Positions 8,310 to 15,812 of a stretch of DNA of 19,848 bases are shown piece by piece. The position numbers and the translations under genes are program-made. The stretch is taken from the IMG/VR virus record IMGVR_UViG_2529293069_000013, one strand, 5' to 3'. The notes beneath the pieces were generated by a model, which had not been told where the DNA came from, made no database searches, and saw only the letters and a list, made by a program, of their open reading frames with translations. Source of the DNA: a virus. Lineage: Duplodnaviria; Heunggongvirae; Uroviricota; Caudoviricetes. Positions within the stretch are counted from its first letter, which is position 1; each line of letters begins with the position of its first letter.

Positions 8310-8441
8310 TCACCCCACCAGCCATGACAAAGTTAAGACGCGCCAGGCAGTGGAAAAGCAAATAGCAACCAGCATTAGTGAAAATGAAATGCCGACGATT
8401 ACACAGAGGATCTTCGCCAGCGTTATGAGCTTGTCTGACAT
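8310..8441 (-). CDS. Small hydrophobic membrane protein, 43 aa, not in the ORF track (below 60 aa), immediately upstream of Rz
   Basis: ATG 8441..8439 with RBS AAGAGGA 6 nt upstream; hand translation [43 protein letters not shown]; stop TGA 8312..8310 abuts the Rz RBS. Confidence 0.4.
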   Translation of the reverse strand: MSDKLITLAKILCVIVGISFSLMLVAICFSTAWRVLTLSWLVG

Positions 8442-8453
8442 GCTTAATCCTCT

Positions 8454-8636
8454 TCACGATTTCAACGCAATGACCAGTTTTGCCAGCCCATACAGCATCG
8501 GAGACACAGCAATACCGACCGCCACCCACTTAATAGCAAAAGCCAGCGCTCTGCTGACGTCATCAGTTACAGGCGCTTTCAGTTCAAGGCCGTTTTTCAT
8601 AGTCAATCTCAACAGAATTCGTTTATACTTTCCCAT
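8454..8636 (-). CDS. Small tail-anchored membrane protein, 60 aa, between the endolysin and Rz
   Basis: ATG 8636 with GGGAG RBS; MGKYKRILLRLTMKNGLELKAPVTDDVSRALAFAIKWVAVGIAVSPMLYGLAKLVIALKS, a basic N-terminus and hydrophobic C-terminus; the 86-aa track ORF's upstream extension overlaps a hairpin. Confidence 0.35.
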   Translation of the reverse strand: MGKYKRILLRLTMKNGLELKAPVTDDVSRALAFAIKWVAVGIAVSPMLYGLAKLVIALKS

Positions 8637-8670
8637 GTTCTCCCTTGCCTTACTCAAGGTCAGAAACACA

Positions 8671-8701
8671 AAACCCCGTTTGCGGCCAACAAACGGGGTT
8701 T
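8671..8701. terminator. Hairpin AAACCCCGTTTG-cggccaa-CAAACGGGGTTT with flanking A and T tracts (bidirectional terminator-like) between the endolysin and the small ORFs
   Basis: 12-bp perfect stem; the minus-strand RNA would end ...GGGGUUUUGUGUUUCU; the plus strand is followed by TTTTACTTTTATT. Confidence 0.45.
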
Positions 8702-8791
8702 TACTTTTATTCACTTAGTTTTTGCCAGTTCGCAGGATTTCGTGTTATCCGCCAGTGTGAGCAAACCGCATTTTTCAGCAAAATATTCTGC

Positions 8792-9325
8792 TTATCTGTC
8801 AATTCCCCAGCACGCCAGCGCGCTCTCCTGGTCACGCCGTGAAACCTGACCGTAGCAGTTGTTTGAGCGAATACGGCAGTCTCTGCCACCGTCCTTAATC
8901 CACCAGCGAATCGCCTCACACGCTCCCCTGCGATCACCTGCATTAATTCGTCTGTAAAACGTCGACGGGAAACACTTACCGGGACCAATGTTGTACGGAC
9001 AGAATGACGCGATCCCCGCTTTCTGGGGTTCGGTCAGCGGTACTTTAATATTGCGCTCCACCCACTCCAGCGCCTTATCACGTTCAATGGCGTTAACCTG
9101 GTCGCATTTTTCCTTCGACAACTTCATGCCCGGAACGACAGGTTTACCATCCACCAGGATGGCACCGCGGCAGATGGTCCAGATACCCGCACCATCACGG
9201 TATGCCGTGGTGTGGTTACCTTCTTTTTCGTCAAGAAACTGGTCGAGGATTTCAGGCGCAGACGCCCCTGCACCAATCAGCGCCAGAACGGCAGCCGACA
9301 GGCCGTATCTGATTTTTGCGTTCAT
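8792..9325 (-). CDS. R: SAR endolysin (T4-type lysozyme, GH24), phage 21 R-like
   Basis: 177 aa; N-terminal signal-anchor-release helix (YGLSAAVLALIGAGASA); E-x8-D-x5-T catalytic triad (EGNHTTAYRDGAGIWT); closely matches my recollection of the P21 / Stx-phage R lysozymes. Confidence 0.9.
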   Translation of the reverse strand: MNAKIRYGLSAAVLALIGAGASAPEILDQFLDEKEGNHTTAYRDGAGIWTICRGAILVDGKPVVPGMKLSKEKCDQVNAIERDKALEWVERNIKVPLTEPQKAGIASFCPYNIGPGKCFPSTFYRRINAGDRRGACEAIRWWIKDGGRDCRIRSNNCYGQVSRRDQESALACWGIDR

Positions 9326-9375
9326 GGATATTTATCAGGGTTTATCGATTTCAAATCCCTGGATATGTTAAGTCT

Positions 9376-9720
9376 TCAGGCCAGCGGTGGAGTCTTCAGA
9401 GAACCCGTAATTATTCCCGGTAGTTTTCCTCTGTAGGTTATCAACACATCCTGCGCCTCTAAAATTACGGGACGCTTTTCCGGTAACGGACCATCCCCTT
9501 CACATAACCCGGCAGCAACATCCATGAAAAACTGCTTCGCCTGCTTTTTCGCCTCAGCTTCGTAAAACTCCAGCGTGGCACCTTCAGTACGGTCAAGACT
9601 AATCGCCACATCTGGCAACAACAGTGACGGATACCCACCAATTTCCAGTGCCACAGTAACAGTAATCTTATCCGGGTAATTATTTATCCCTTTAACACCC
9701 AGTTCGTATTTTTTCTTCAT
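9376..9720 (-). CDS. Conserved prophage protein of unknown function (YdfR-like position), 114 aa, inserted between holin and endolysin
   Basis: ATG with GGGAG RBS, start 5 nt from the holin stop; the same holin / small ORF / lysozyme arrangement occurs in the E. coli Qin prophage (essQ-ydfR-rrrQ). No recognisable catalytic motif. Confidence 0.6.
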   Translation of the reverse strand: MKKKYELGVKGINNYPDKITVTVALEIGGYPSLLLPDVAISLDRTEGATLEFYEAEAKKQAKQFFMDVAAGLCEGDGPLPEKRPVILEAQDVLITYRGKLPGIITGSLKTPPLA

Positions 9721-9724
9721 CGCT

Positions 9725-9931
9725 TTACTCCCCCCGCGCCGCCTTACGACGGTCCTCTCTGATTTTGAAATACAGGTTAGTCAGATACGTCAGCAGGCCA
9801 AACAGCAGACTCCCCAGCACACCGATTGCCACCCACTGGGACGGAGAGACTTTGTCCAGCAGCTGCAGTAACCAGTATCCCGTCCCCACCGCTGACGTGG
9901 TGTATGACACACCTGTTGTGATTTTTTCCAT
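9725..9931 (-). CDS. S: Class II holin (pinholin), phage 21 S-like
   Basis: 68 aa; [44 protein letters not shown] is near-identical to S21; GGAG RBS; no in-frame upstream Met for a longer antiholin form. Confidence 0.85.
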   Translation of the reverse strand: MEKITTGVSYTTSAVGTGYWLLQLLDKVSPSQWVAIGVLGSLLFGLLTYLTNLYFKIREDRRKAARGE

Positions 9932-10188
9932 CTGATGTATGTCTCCGTCACCGCCGACAGAAAATGAAAGTAAAGGAAAACAAAAAGCCGCCAGTGTCGC
10001 CCACTGACGGCCAACGCCGGGAGCCGTGATTATGGCATTCAGGCTCTGCTAAAAATGCCAGATAACATTCCGGCTCCCCCCCCTGATTCAGGTTATAAAT
10101 GACACAATATCTTGACAACACCCATCACTGTCTGTCAGAAAATGTACTGCCAGATATAAGTATCATGTGAAACCCAACTATCCTTCTT

Positions 10189-10232
10189 AGCCAGTACTTC
10201 TCCGACGAAAGTCAGTACTGGCTGTTTTTTTA
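10189..10232 (+). terminator. Plus-strand intrinsic terminator (10-bp stem AGCCAGTACT/AGTACTGGCT followed by T8) directly after the NanS-p stop, antisense to the late operon
   Basis: Stem 10189..10198 / 10213..10222 followed by gttttttttatt; the minus-strand version lacks a U-tract, so it is oriented for a plus-strand transcript. Confidence 0.5.
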
Positions 10233-11717
10233 TTATGCTGCCGGTGCATTTATCTCCAGCATCAGACTTTCTATCTCAACGCCATACGCTGCATTTTTTG
10301 TAACATCCGTCAGCGTCAGCGCATTCAGTCCCAGTGTCAGACTGTCTTTTATAACCTGGAATGCCGGGCCAGCCACTCCATTCAGTTTCGGAGTAACCAT
10401 GGCACTGCCGGCGGTGAACACCAGCTCCAGCGTCTGCCAGTCGTTACCGTAATCGCCGAACTCCCCCAGCTTCGTGTTTCCGGCTTTCCTGTGATGCATC
10501 AGATTCACCCTGCCGTCAGTGGTCTGAGTGAAGTACGACATCAGGAACGGATTACCGGTACCCGTCATCGCCACACCATCAGGAACGGGAGCATCCGTAT
10601 ACAGATAAATCCCCAGCCCGAACTGATTGTTGGTCAGTGCACCTGACAGGCGGAACTTACAGGTCAGTCTGCCGCCCTGTGTCAGCAGGGTAATTGCGTC
10701 ATCCACCGGATGCGTCAGGGACCAGGTTTTATTGCTCTGCTTGGTGATCTTAAATACACCATCTGACAACTGAATTCCGCCATCCTTAATGCTCCAGCCC
10801 TGCGCAGCAGCCTCTCCGGCTGCCGGCAGCAGGGAGATTGTGCGAACGGACGTATCTGCAGACGGACCCGATGGCGTGTTGCCGCCGGGCGAGGGTTTGA
10901 TTTCCGGTGCCTTACCACTGATGAAGGCTGAGGTGCGCCCGGCTGCGTTCAGAATAGCGGTTGCCAGACGATCCGGAATAATGCTCCTGCGCGCCCATGA
11001 ACTGAAATGTGTCGGGCGGTTTGATGATACCTGGTTTCCATTCGTTCTCGATGCCGCACCGTAATATCCTGATGCCGGAATATCCGGATCTTCTGCCGGC
11101 GCGTTAGTGGCGGTATTGACGCCGTTACCGTCTGTCATGAAGGGCACAAAATAAACGCCCTCACTCTCCCTGTTTTTATACCCGCCGTACACGGTGTCGT
11201 ACTGGGTAGCGTATGTATTTTTCCAGTAATACGTCGTGTCACCACAAATCCACGGCACATCTGCAGCGCTGCCACCATGGCACTGCGCGTTAAACACGGA
11301 GAGGTCAGCCCTCGGATGATTCAGCGTACTCATATCCTGCACATCATGCAGACAGTGGTCAGCCGGAATAATATCGTTATATCTGCAGGCAGCCCCGCCC
11401 GGCGTCACTGTACTGCGGCGCGCCAGCTGTTTAATGCGCGGATCCGGAGCATCGTATGAATCCGGCAGCGGAAGCCCTTCACCGTAAGCCATGGCATTGG
11501 ACTGCCCGGCCAGTACGATGACGTAGTACCAATCCGGCTCAGATGAAGGGCCGACCTGTGGCTCTCCTTCAATAGCCACCGCCTGCATCAGTGTGTACGG
11601 CGTAATGGCAACCGGTCCGCCGTATGGCTGCCAGCCCTCTTTCAGTTTGTGTGTCAGCTTTTCCGCAAGGTCTGACGGCGACGCCGCCCTGACAACATCA
11701 TAATGTTTAATCGACAT
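10233..11717 (-). CDS. NanS-p-like sialate O-acetylesterase (N-terminal DUF1737-like region, SASA/SGNH esterase domain, C-terminal domain of unknown function), 494 aa
   Basis: YYVIVLAGQSNAMAYGEGLPLPD carries the GQSN esterase block; the N-terminus MSIKHYDVVRAASPSDLAEKL matches what I recall of the DUF1737 start of prophage NanS-p proteins; occupies the position between the tRNAs and holin where Stx phages carry stx/nanS-p. Confidence 0.65.
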   Translation of the reverse strand: MSIKHYDVVRAASPSDLAEKLTHKLKEGWQPYGGPVAITPYTLMQAVAIEGEPQVGPSSEPDWYYVIVLAGQSNAMAYGEGLPLPDSYDAPDPRIKQLARRSTVTPGGAACRYNDIIPADHCLHDVQDMSTLNHPRADLSVFNAQCHGGSAADVPWICGDTTYYWKNTYATQYDTVYGGYKNRESEGVYFVPFMTDGNGVNTATNAPAEDPDIPASGYYGAASRTNGNQVSSNRPTHFSSWARRSIIPDRLATAILNAAGRTSAFISGKAPEIKPSPGGNTPSGPSADTSVRTISLLPAAGEAAAQGWSIKDGGIQLSDGVFKITKQSNKTWSLTHPVDDAITLLTQGGRLTCKFRLSGALTNNQFGLGIYLYTDAPVPDGVAMTGTGNPFLMSYFTQTTDGRVNLMHHRKAGNTKLGEFGDYGNDWQTLELVFTAGSAMVTPKLNGVAGPAFQVIKDSLTLGLNALTLTDVTKNAAYGVEIESLMLEINAPAA

Positions 11718-11803
11718 CGAATTTCTCCCGTGTAGAGGAACAGAGTTAAAAAGCCGGAAGCGGAATCAAATCACAGGATGACCATCTGCCAGTGGCTGGT
11801 CGT

Positions 11804-11830
11804 AAAAAAAAGGCCGCGCCATGCGCAGCC
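11804..11830 (-). terminator. Intrinsic terminator about 90 nt upstream of the NanS-p start (stem GGCUGCGC/GCGCGGCC followed by U8)
   Basis: Minus strand reads GGCTGCGCATGGCGCGGCCTTTTTTTTACG. Confidence 0.5.
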
Positions 11831-12031
11831 GAAAATAAAGGGATAACGATGATAGTTTGAGAAAAACAGAAATAACACTTTTGTGGCAAAGCATGGTGCC
11901 GGGTGCCTCCCGGTGAATTCAGTATCAGCACCTGAATCCGCGATTACCCCATATTCCTTCTTGCTGATTGCCCCACCGCACAGGGGGATTCACCATGCAG
12001 AAGTGTTTTTAATAAACAGCAAACAAAAAAA

Positions 12032-12199
12032 TCAAGCATTATGCAGGCTGTTTCTTTTTATCACCGGCCACAGCAATACCATAATGCCGCAGACCAGCAC
12101 CCCATCCGCCAGCACCGACATGATTCTGCTGGTGAAATCCACCATCACCACCAGAAACAGCAGGAGTGCAGCCACAGTCAGGCGCAGTTTTACCGTCAC
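12032..12199 (-). CDS. Possible small two-helix membrane protein (54 aa from GTG 12199, or 37 aa from ATG 12145) immediately downstream of the TerB-like gene
   Basis: GTG overlaps the TerB-like TGA (GTGA) with GGAG 9 nt upstream; translation ..TVAALLLFLVVMVDFTSRIMSVLADGVLVCGIMVLLWPVIKRNSLHNA; not in the track (below 60 aa). Confidence 0.3.
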   Translation of the reverse strand: MTVKLRLTVAALLLFLVVMVDFTSRIMSVLADGVLVCGIMVLLWPVIKRNSLHNA

Positions 12200-12628
12200 A
12201 GGTAATTCTCCAGACGAAGACCCAGAACACCGGCAATCTCTTCCAGCACCTTGCGCTCTTCCGGCTCAATTTCGCCGTCTGCCTCCGCAATGGCCACCGC
12301 CACATCCAGCACATCTTCCGCTTCACGCGTATCGTGTTTCACATCCTCGATCTCACGTAACGCCGCACGACGACCAGTTTTAAAGTTCGTATCCAGCTGA
12401 CCGATAATGGTTGCGCTAATCGCATTAATTTCTGACGTAAACGCGTACAGCGCAGGCTGATTACGCAGTACCTGTTCGATCTTCGCTTTCTAGGAAGCCT
12501 CACATTCACCATCTGCACAGGCCACCAGGTATGCGGCGTTAATCACCACCTGTGCCAGATCGCGTTTTTCAAACTTTTTAATTTCCGTTGCCGCTCTGCG
12601 GGCTTTTTTTACCAAAAATACCAAACAT
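12196..12628 (-). pseudogene. TerB-like (tellurite-resistance TerB domain) gene disrupted by an in-frame amber codon at 12492..12490; the ATG start is also out of frame with the body across an A7 run (12604..12610) unless the start is TTG 12624
   Basis: Hand translation MFGIFGKK / ARRAATEIKKFEKRDLAQVVINAAYLVACADGECEAS * KAKIEQVL...DVLDVAVAIAEADGEIEPEERKVLEEIAGVLGL shows the TerB-type duplicated ADGE..E..K...L motif; TAG is in frame; AAGGAA RBS 7 nt before the ATG. Confidence 0.6.
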
Positions 12629-12797
12629 CGTGACGTTCCTTTGGGTGGGTGAGCCAACGCCCGGGAGCGATCTGCCCACAGAGAAAGTCACACTGACCAC
12701 TCCATAAGCTCCCCCCGAAAGGCTCTGTGGTTGGTATGCGCCGGGCGTGGTGCGGATACAAAAAAGGTCCGCAAAAGCGAGCGAGGGAAAATAAGTG

Positions 12798-12874
12798 TGG
12801 TGCGTTGTACTGGGTTCGAACCAGTGACCGATTGCTTAGAAGGCAATTGCTCTGTCCGGCTGAGCTAAAAACGC
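12798..12874 (-). tRNA. tRNA-Arg (anticodon UCU)
   Basis: 77-nt cloverleaf GCGTTTT-TA-GCTC..GAGC-ATTGC-CTTCTAA-GCAAT-..-CTGG-TTCGAAC-CCAG-ACAACGC-A-CCA; anticodon loop CU-UCU-AA. Confidence 0.85.
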
Positions 12875-12887
12875 AGAATACCGATAA

Positions 12888-12964
12888 TGGACCGCCATCG
12901 GAGACTCGAACCCCGCGAAACCAGCTTCGAAGGCTGGCGTTCTATCCCGATGAGCTAATGGCGG
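12888..12964 (-). tRNA. tRNA-Arg (anticodon UCG)
   Basis: 77-nt cloverleaf with anticodon arm CCAGC-CTTCGAA-GCTGG, T-arm CGGGG-TTCGAGT-CTCCG and a 7-bp acceptor stem plus TCCA; the D-stem has one mismatch. Confidence 0.75.
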
Positions 12965-12971
12965 TATGTGA

Positions 12972-13047
12972 TGGTGGCCCTTGCTGGATTTGAACCAGCG
13001 GCCTGGCGATTATGAGTCGCTCGCTCTCACCACTGAGCTAAAGGGCC
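12972..13047 (-). tRNA. tRNA-Ile2 (anticodon CAU, ileX/ileZ-like; Met cannot be excluded)
   Basis: GGCCCTTTAGCTCAGTGGTGAGAGCGAGCGACTCATAATCGCCAGGCCGCTGGTTCAAATCCAGCAAGGGCCACCA is very similar to E. coli ileX as I recall it; anticodon loop CU-CAU-AA. Confidence 0.85.
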
Positions 13048-13056
13048 GGGCGCAGG

Positions 13057-13085
13057 ATAATAACGTTACGAAATCAATGTTGCAA
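13057..13085 (-). promoter_or_regulatory. Sigma70-type promoter for the tRNA cluster (-35 TTGCAA, 17-bp spacer, -10 TATTAT)
   Basis: -35 at 13085..13080 and -10 at 13062..13057, placing the start site a few nt upstream of the tRNA-Ile 5' end (13047). Confidence 0.5.
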
Positions 13086-13166
13086 GCATTCAAGAATCAC
13101 CTGGTTAAAAATTACCCTTGCTTCCTCCACCAGCGCATTCACCATGTCTATCCGAGATAAGTGGCA

Positions 13167-13190
13167 CAAAAAAACCCGCTTGTGGGCGGG
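13167..13190 (-). terminator. tR'-like intrinsic terminator downstream of the putative late promoter
   Basis: Minus strand AAAACCCGCCCACAAGCGGGTTTTTTTGTG: stem CCCGC/GCGGG followed by U7. Confidence 0.6.
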
Positions 13191-13245
13191 TTTTGTTTGC
13201 TTTTGCCATCACGTACAAAATCGGCAAAATATCAGATTTGCATGA

Positions 13246-13274
13246 AATATATGCCTTTCAATCTACTTTTGCAA
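13246..13274 (-). promoter_or_regulatory. PR'-like late promoter (-35 TTGCAA, 17-bp spacer, -10 TATATT) at the 3' end of the Q-like gene
   Basis: -35 at 13274..13269 and -10 at 13251..13246; start site about 13239; the tR'-like terminator lies about 70 nt downstream, as for the lambda-family 6S RNA. Confidence 0.5.
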
Positions 13275-13947
13275 CACTTTGCTTTGAAAATGCCGCCTTT
13301 TGTTTTGAACGCGTTCTCATTACAAACAATAAAGCCTCACTATCCAGTCGGTGAAAAATGTGTTTCATTGCAACCCAGTGACGAGTAAATGTTTTGGACC
13401 AGTTTTTAGTTGTCACTCCCACCAGTAATGCCAGCTCCTTGTATTCATAACCTTCCCCACCAAAAAGTTCTGCTTTTACTGCCTGCGCCGCCAGCCAGAT
13501 TAATTTTTTCAGGCGTTCCTGCGTTTTCCCTGCAATTTTTCTGGTACCGGATTGAGTATTAAATTCATTCCACGCCCACTGTGTTATCGCGATCTGATAT
13601 TCCCAACAAATACTCCCGCTGTAACACCACAACAACCAGGCTTTATGATGTTCTTCAAGAGACAGAACAGCCCGCCGCCACGATGATGTCGAAAACTCAA
13701 TCGGACTGACCAGAGGAATTGACGTCACCTTCGCCAGCGATTGCTTTCCCGGGATTGGTGGATTATCCCGCGTTATCATTTTTCCAGTCACTTCATCGCG
13801 GTACCGGATTTTTTTTCGCCTGTAACGCCCTGTATCGAACATGGCATTCTCCTGCCAGGCTTCAAGCTGACCTTTTGTTGCCCCAATCAAATCGGCGGTA
13901 GCGATAATGAGCAGCTCACGCACAAACTGTAAATAGTGGTTATTCAT
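13258..13947 (-). CDS. Putative late-gene antiterminator Q (QuuQ-like), 229 aa from ATG 13947
   Basis: Assigned by position: directly downstream of rusA with ATGA overlap, directly upstream of the PR'-like promoter, terminator and tRNAs. No sequence motif recognised; the track ORF starts two codons earlier at GTG. Confidence 0.5.
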   Translation of the reverse strand: MNNHYLQFVRELLIIATADLIGATKGQLEAWQENAMFDTGRYRRKKIRYRDEVTGKMITRDNPPIPGKQSLAKVTSIPLVSPIEFSTSSWRRAVLSLEEHHKAWLLWCYSGSICWEYQIAITQWAWNEFNTQSGTRKIAGKTQERLKKLIWLAAQAVKAELFGGEGYEYKELALLVGVTTKNWSKTFTRHWVAMKHIFHRLDSEALLFVMRTRSKQKAAFSKQSVAKVD

Positions 13948-14303
13948 GCGCACTCCAGTTCTGTGATTTTTATCCCCAGCCGCTCACCAGGAACGAGCTG
14001 ACCGCGCACAATATTGATTTCATCAAACTGCTCATCGTCCATTAGCAACCCCGCATGCGTCAGCGCATCCAGCGGCGCTTTCAGAATATTGTCCAGGTCA
14101 CGGCGGCGCTTATCCGGTGGCTCGGCAATAATCTTTATCGCCAGCCTTCCGGACAGGCTTAATTTCAGCCGCTGCTGGCGAACAATAAGCGCCACAGCCC
14201 GGCGATAACGCTCACCGGCTTTTGATACAAAATATGTGCTGCCACGACGTCGCCAGTAGGTGTTCACCGTCGGCGGGTAAGGTAAAACCAAATCTATGAG
14301 CAT
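13944..14303 (-). CDS. rusA: RusA Holliday-junction resolvase
   Basis: 119 aa; LPYPPTVNTYWRRRG, the catalytic DKRRRDLDNILKAPLDALTHAGL and DDEQ motifs resemble E. coli RusA. Confidence 0.85.
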   Translation of the reverse strand: MLIDLVLPYPPTVNTYWRRRGSTYFVSKAGERYRRAVALIVRQQRLKLSLSGRLAIKIIAEPPDKRRRDLDNILKAPLDALTHAGLLMDDEQFDEINIVRGQLVPGERLGIKITELECA

Positions 14304-14315
14304 CAGTCACCTCTT

Positions 14316-15365
14316 TTACCCGAGCACGCCAGTCGCAAAGGCGTGATCAAGAAAACGAAAAATTAACTCAATCTGAGAGCCGTACTTTTTCTCAAACTCC
14401 AGCGGGTCTGCATGAAGTTCGTTGTGGTGCTCCCGGCACAACGGTAGCGTGAAAATATCGTGGGCCTTTGTCCCCATTCCCCCCTGACCATGACCAATCA
14501 GGTGATGCGGATCGTCAGCAGGCTTACCACAACACGCACACGGCTGTGTCTTTACCCAGCGCGTGTATTTCTCATTAACCCAACGGCAACGTTTAGGCCG
14601 CCTCATGAACGATTCAGGAGACTCCGGATCAACGGCGATACTGACAACCGTTTTTTTCTGTGGTGGATTTTGTTGCTGGTGGACGTGAAGTGGCAGCGCA
14701 ATATTTTTTGTGCGCTGCTTCAGTATGCTGATGGCTGTCTGTTCTCCCGGTACGATGTCACTCTCACGGTATACGGAGCGGATTTTTTCCGCTGGTAATC
14801 CCAGCGAACGACGCGCTACTGCCTCAGGTAGTGCATCCACCACCTGATTGCAGGCCGCCCACCAGGATAATTCAGCCAGCGATAATTCACGCTCCTGTGT
14901 GCCATTCATTGCGTGACGAATGACGTCAATCATCCATGCTGACAAGTTTTGGTGAGCAAGTTGCTCAAGTGATTCGGAGGTCTGGTCACGCAACTGGTTG
15001 TCGCAGTGCCAGCACAACACCATTGCGCCGGTACCATAACGGTGAATGACGGTTTCACTGTGGTGATAATCGCCGTGTGGCCACTGGCAGGATTTAACAT
15101 GGCGCAGTAACCAGTCAGACAATGCGCCAGCGCCACCAGCAGCACGAATCACTCGTTCGTCGCTGAAAAATGGCAGTAATGATTTATCCTCCGCCAGCGG
15201 CTGGCGAACGGCAGGAACGACCCCGGACGGCAGATTACGCATGCTTTTCGGTTCCGGCTCCACCAGTACCCGGGTATTGTGGAATACCGGCATGGATTCA
15301 CGGCCCGGCTTAACGATCACCAGCCCGAGTTCCGGTACCAGAACAGGTCGAAGTAATACCCGCAC
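14316..15365 (-). CDS. DUF968-family prophage protein (YdfU-like), 349 aa, with a Cys/His-rich C-terminal motif
   Basis: C-terminal CACCGKPADDPHHLIGHGQGGMGTKAHDIFTLPLCREHHNELH is a metal-binding, HNH-like signature; same length and position relative to Q as K-12 Qin ydfU as I recall it; GTG start. Confidence 0.6.
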   Translation of the reverse strand: MRVLLRPVLVPELGLVIVKPGRESMPVFHNTRVLVEPEPKSMRNLPSGVVPAVRQPLAEDKSLLPFFSDERVIRAAGGAGALSDWLLRHVKSCQWPHGDYHHSETVIHRYGTGAMVLCWHCDNQLRDQTSESLEQLAHQNLSAWMIDVIRHAMNGTQERELSLAELSWWAACNQVVDALPEAVARRSLGLPAEKIRSVYRESDIVPGEQTAISILKQRTKNIALPLHVHQQQNPPQKKTVVSIAVDPESPESFMRRPKRCRWVNEKYTRWVKTQPCACCGKPADDPHHLIGHGQGGMGTKAHDIFTLPLCREHHNELHADPLEFEKKYGSQIELIFRFLDHAFATGVLG

Positions 15366-15366
15366 G

Positions 15367-15645
15367 TTACCTCCAGATGCGTTGCTGGAATGTGCGGGAC
15401 GGACGCGGTGGGCGTTCGGAGTAAGGAAGCCTGACGGAGATTATCCAGTGACGATAATCGAGACTGAGGGCTTTCTTAACCTCGTATCCGCGCCTGCGGT
15501 AACACTGAATCAGCCATTCAGCCTGTTCTTCGGTGCAGGGGTCGTGCTGATACCAGTCAGATTTGAATGCATGAGAACGCCGCCCGTGCCTGCTGGCAGG
15601 GGCGGCAGAGTTATCCGAATTGTAAAATTTGGTATCGTGCGCCAT
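15367..15645 (-). CDS. Hypothetical protein, 92 aa (track ORF trimmed to ATG 15645 because the upstream part overlaps the hok terminator)
   Basis: MAHDTKFYNSDNSAAPASRHGRRSHAFKSDWYQHDPCTEEQAEWLIQCYRRRGYEVKK...; occupies the position of rem in Qin; weak RBS. Confidence 0.4.
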   Translation of the reverse strand: MAHDTKFYNSDNSAAPASRHGRRSHAFKSDWYQHDPCTEEQAEWLIQCYRRRGYEVKKALSLDYRHWIISVRLPYSERPPRPSRTFQQRIWR

Positions 15646-15711
15646 CTGTTTTCTCTGCTGGCGCAGCAGGTGCCAGTTGTTCAGGCTGACGGATGGATTG
15701 TAAACCAGAAC

Positions 15712-15744
15712 GACCAGAAAAAACAAAACCCGCCGAAGCGGGTT
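15712..15744 (-). terminator. Intrinsic terminator of the hok-like mRNA (stem AACCCGC-UUCG-GCGGGUU followed by UUUGUUUUUU)
   Basis: Hairpin 15727..15744 with a UUCG tetraloop; the minus-strand U-tract corresponds to the plus-strand A-run 15712..15726. Confidence 0.55.
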
Positions 15745-15812
15745 AAGTGCGGGTGCGTTGAGGATGCCTGACACATCAGCGGTGGCGAGGGATTTCTCCC
15801 CCGCCTGGTCTC

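Noticed and set aside
8299-8718. Track ORFs 8299..8529 (minus, 76 aa) and 8350..8718 (plus, 122 aa) in the R-Rz interval
   Set aside because: Both are in frames other than the two RBS-supported small hydrophobic ORFs and have no RBS; the 122-aa plus ORF runs through the hairpin.
11883-12383. 166-aa plus-strand ORF and the 95-aa minus-strand ORF at 12039..12326
   Set aside because: They overlap the TerB-like gene and the small membrane ORF in other frames; translations are His/Pro/Arg-rich without an RBS. The TerB-like frame explains the coding signal.
12683-12700. Five-codon mini-ORF ATGGAGTGGTCAGTGTGA with a GGGGGGAG Shine-Dalgarno upstream of the TerB-like gene
   Set aside because: Too short to assess; it could be a leader peptide but there is no supporting attenuator structure. 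Noted, not called.
12727-12993. 88-aa plus-strand ORF across the tRNA cluster
   Set aside because: The region folds into three canonical tRNA cloverleaves on the minus strand; the ORF is an artefact.
15646-15774. N-terminal 43-codon extension of the 135-aa track ORF
   Set aside because: The extension runs through the hok terminator hairpin and U-tract (15712..15744); the downstream ATG at 15645 is the more plausible start.
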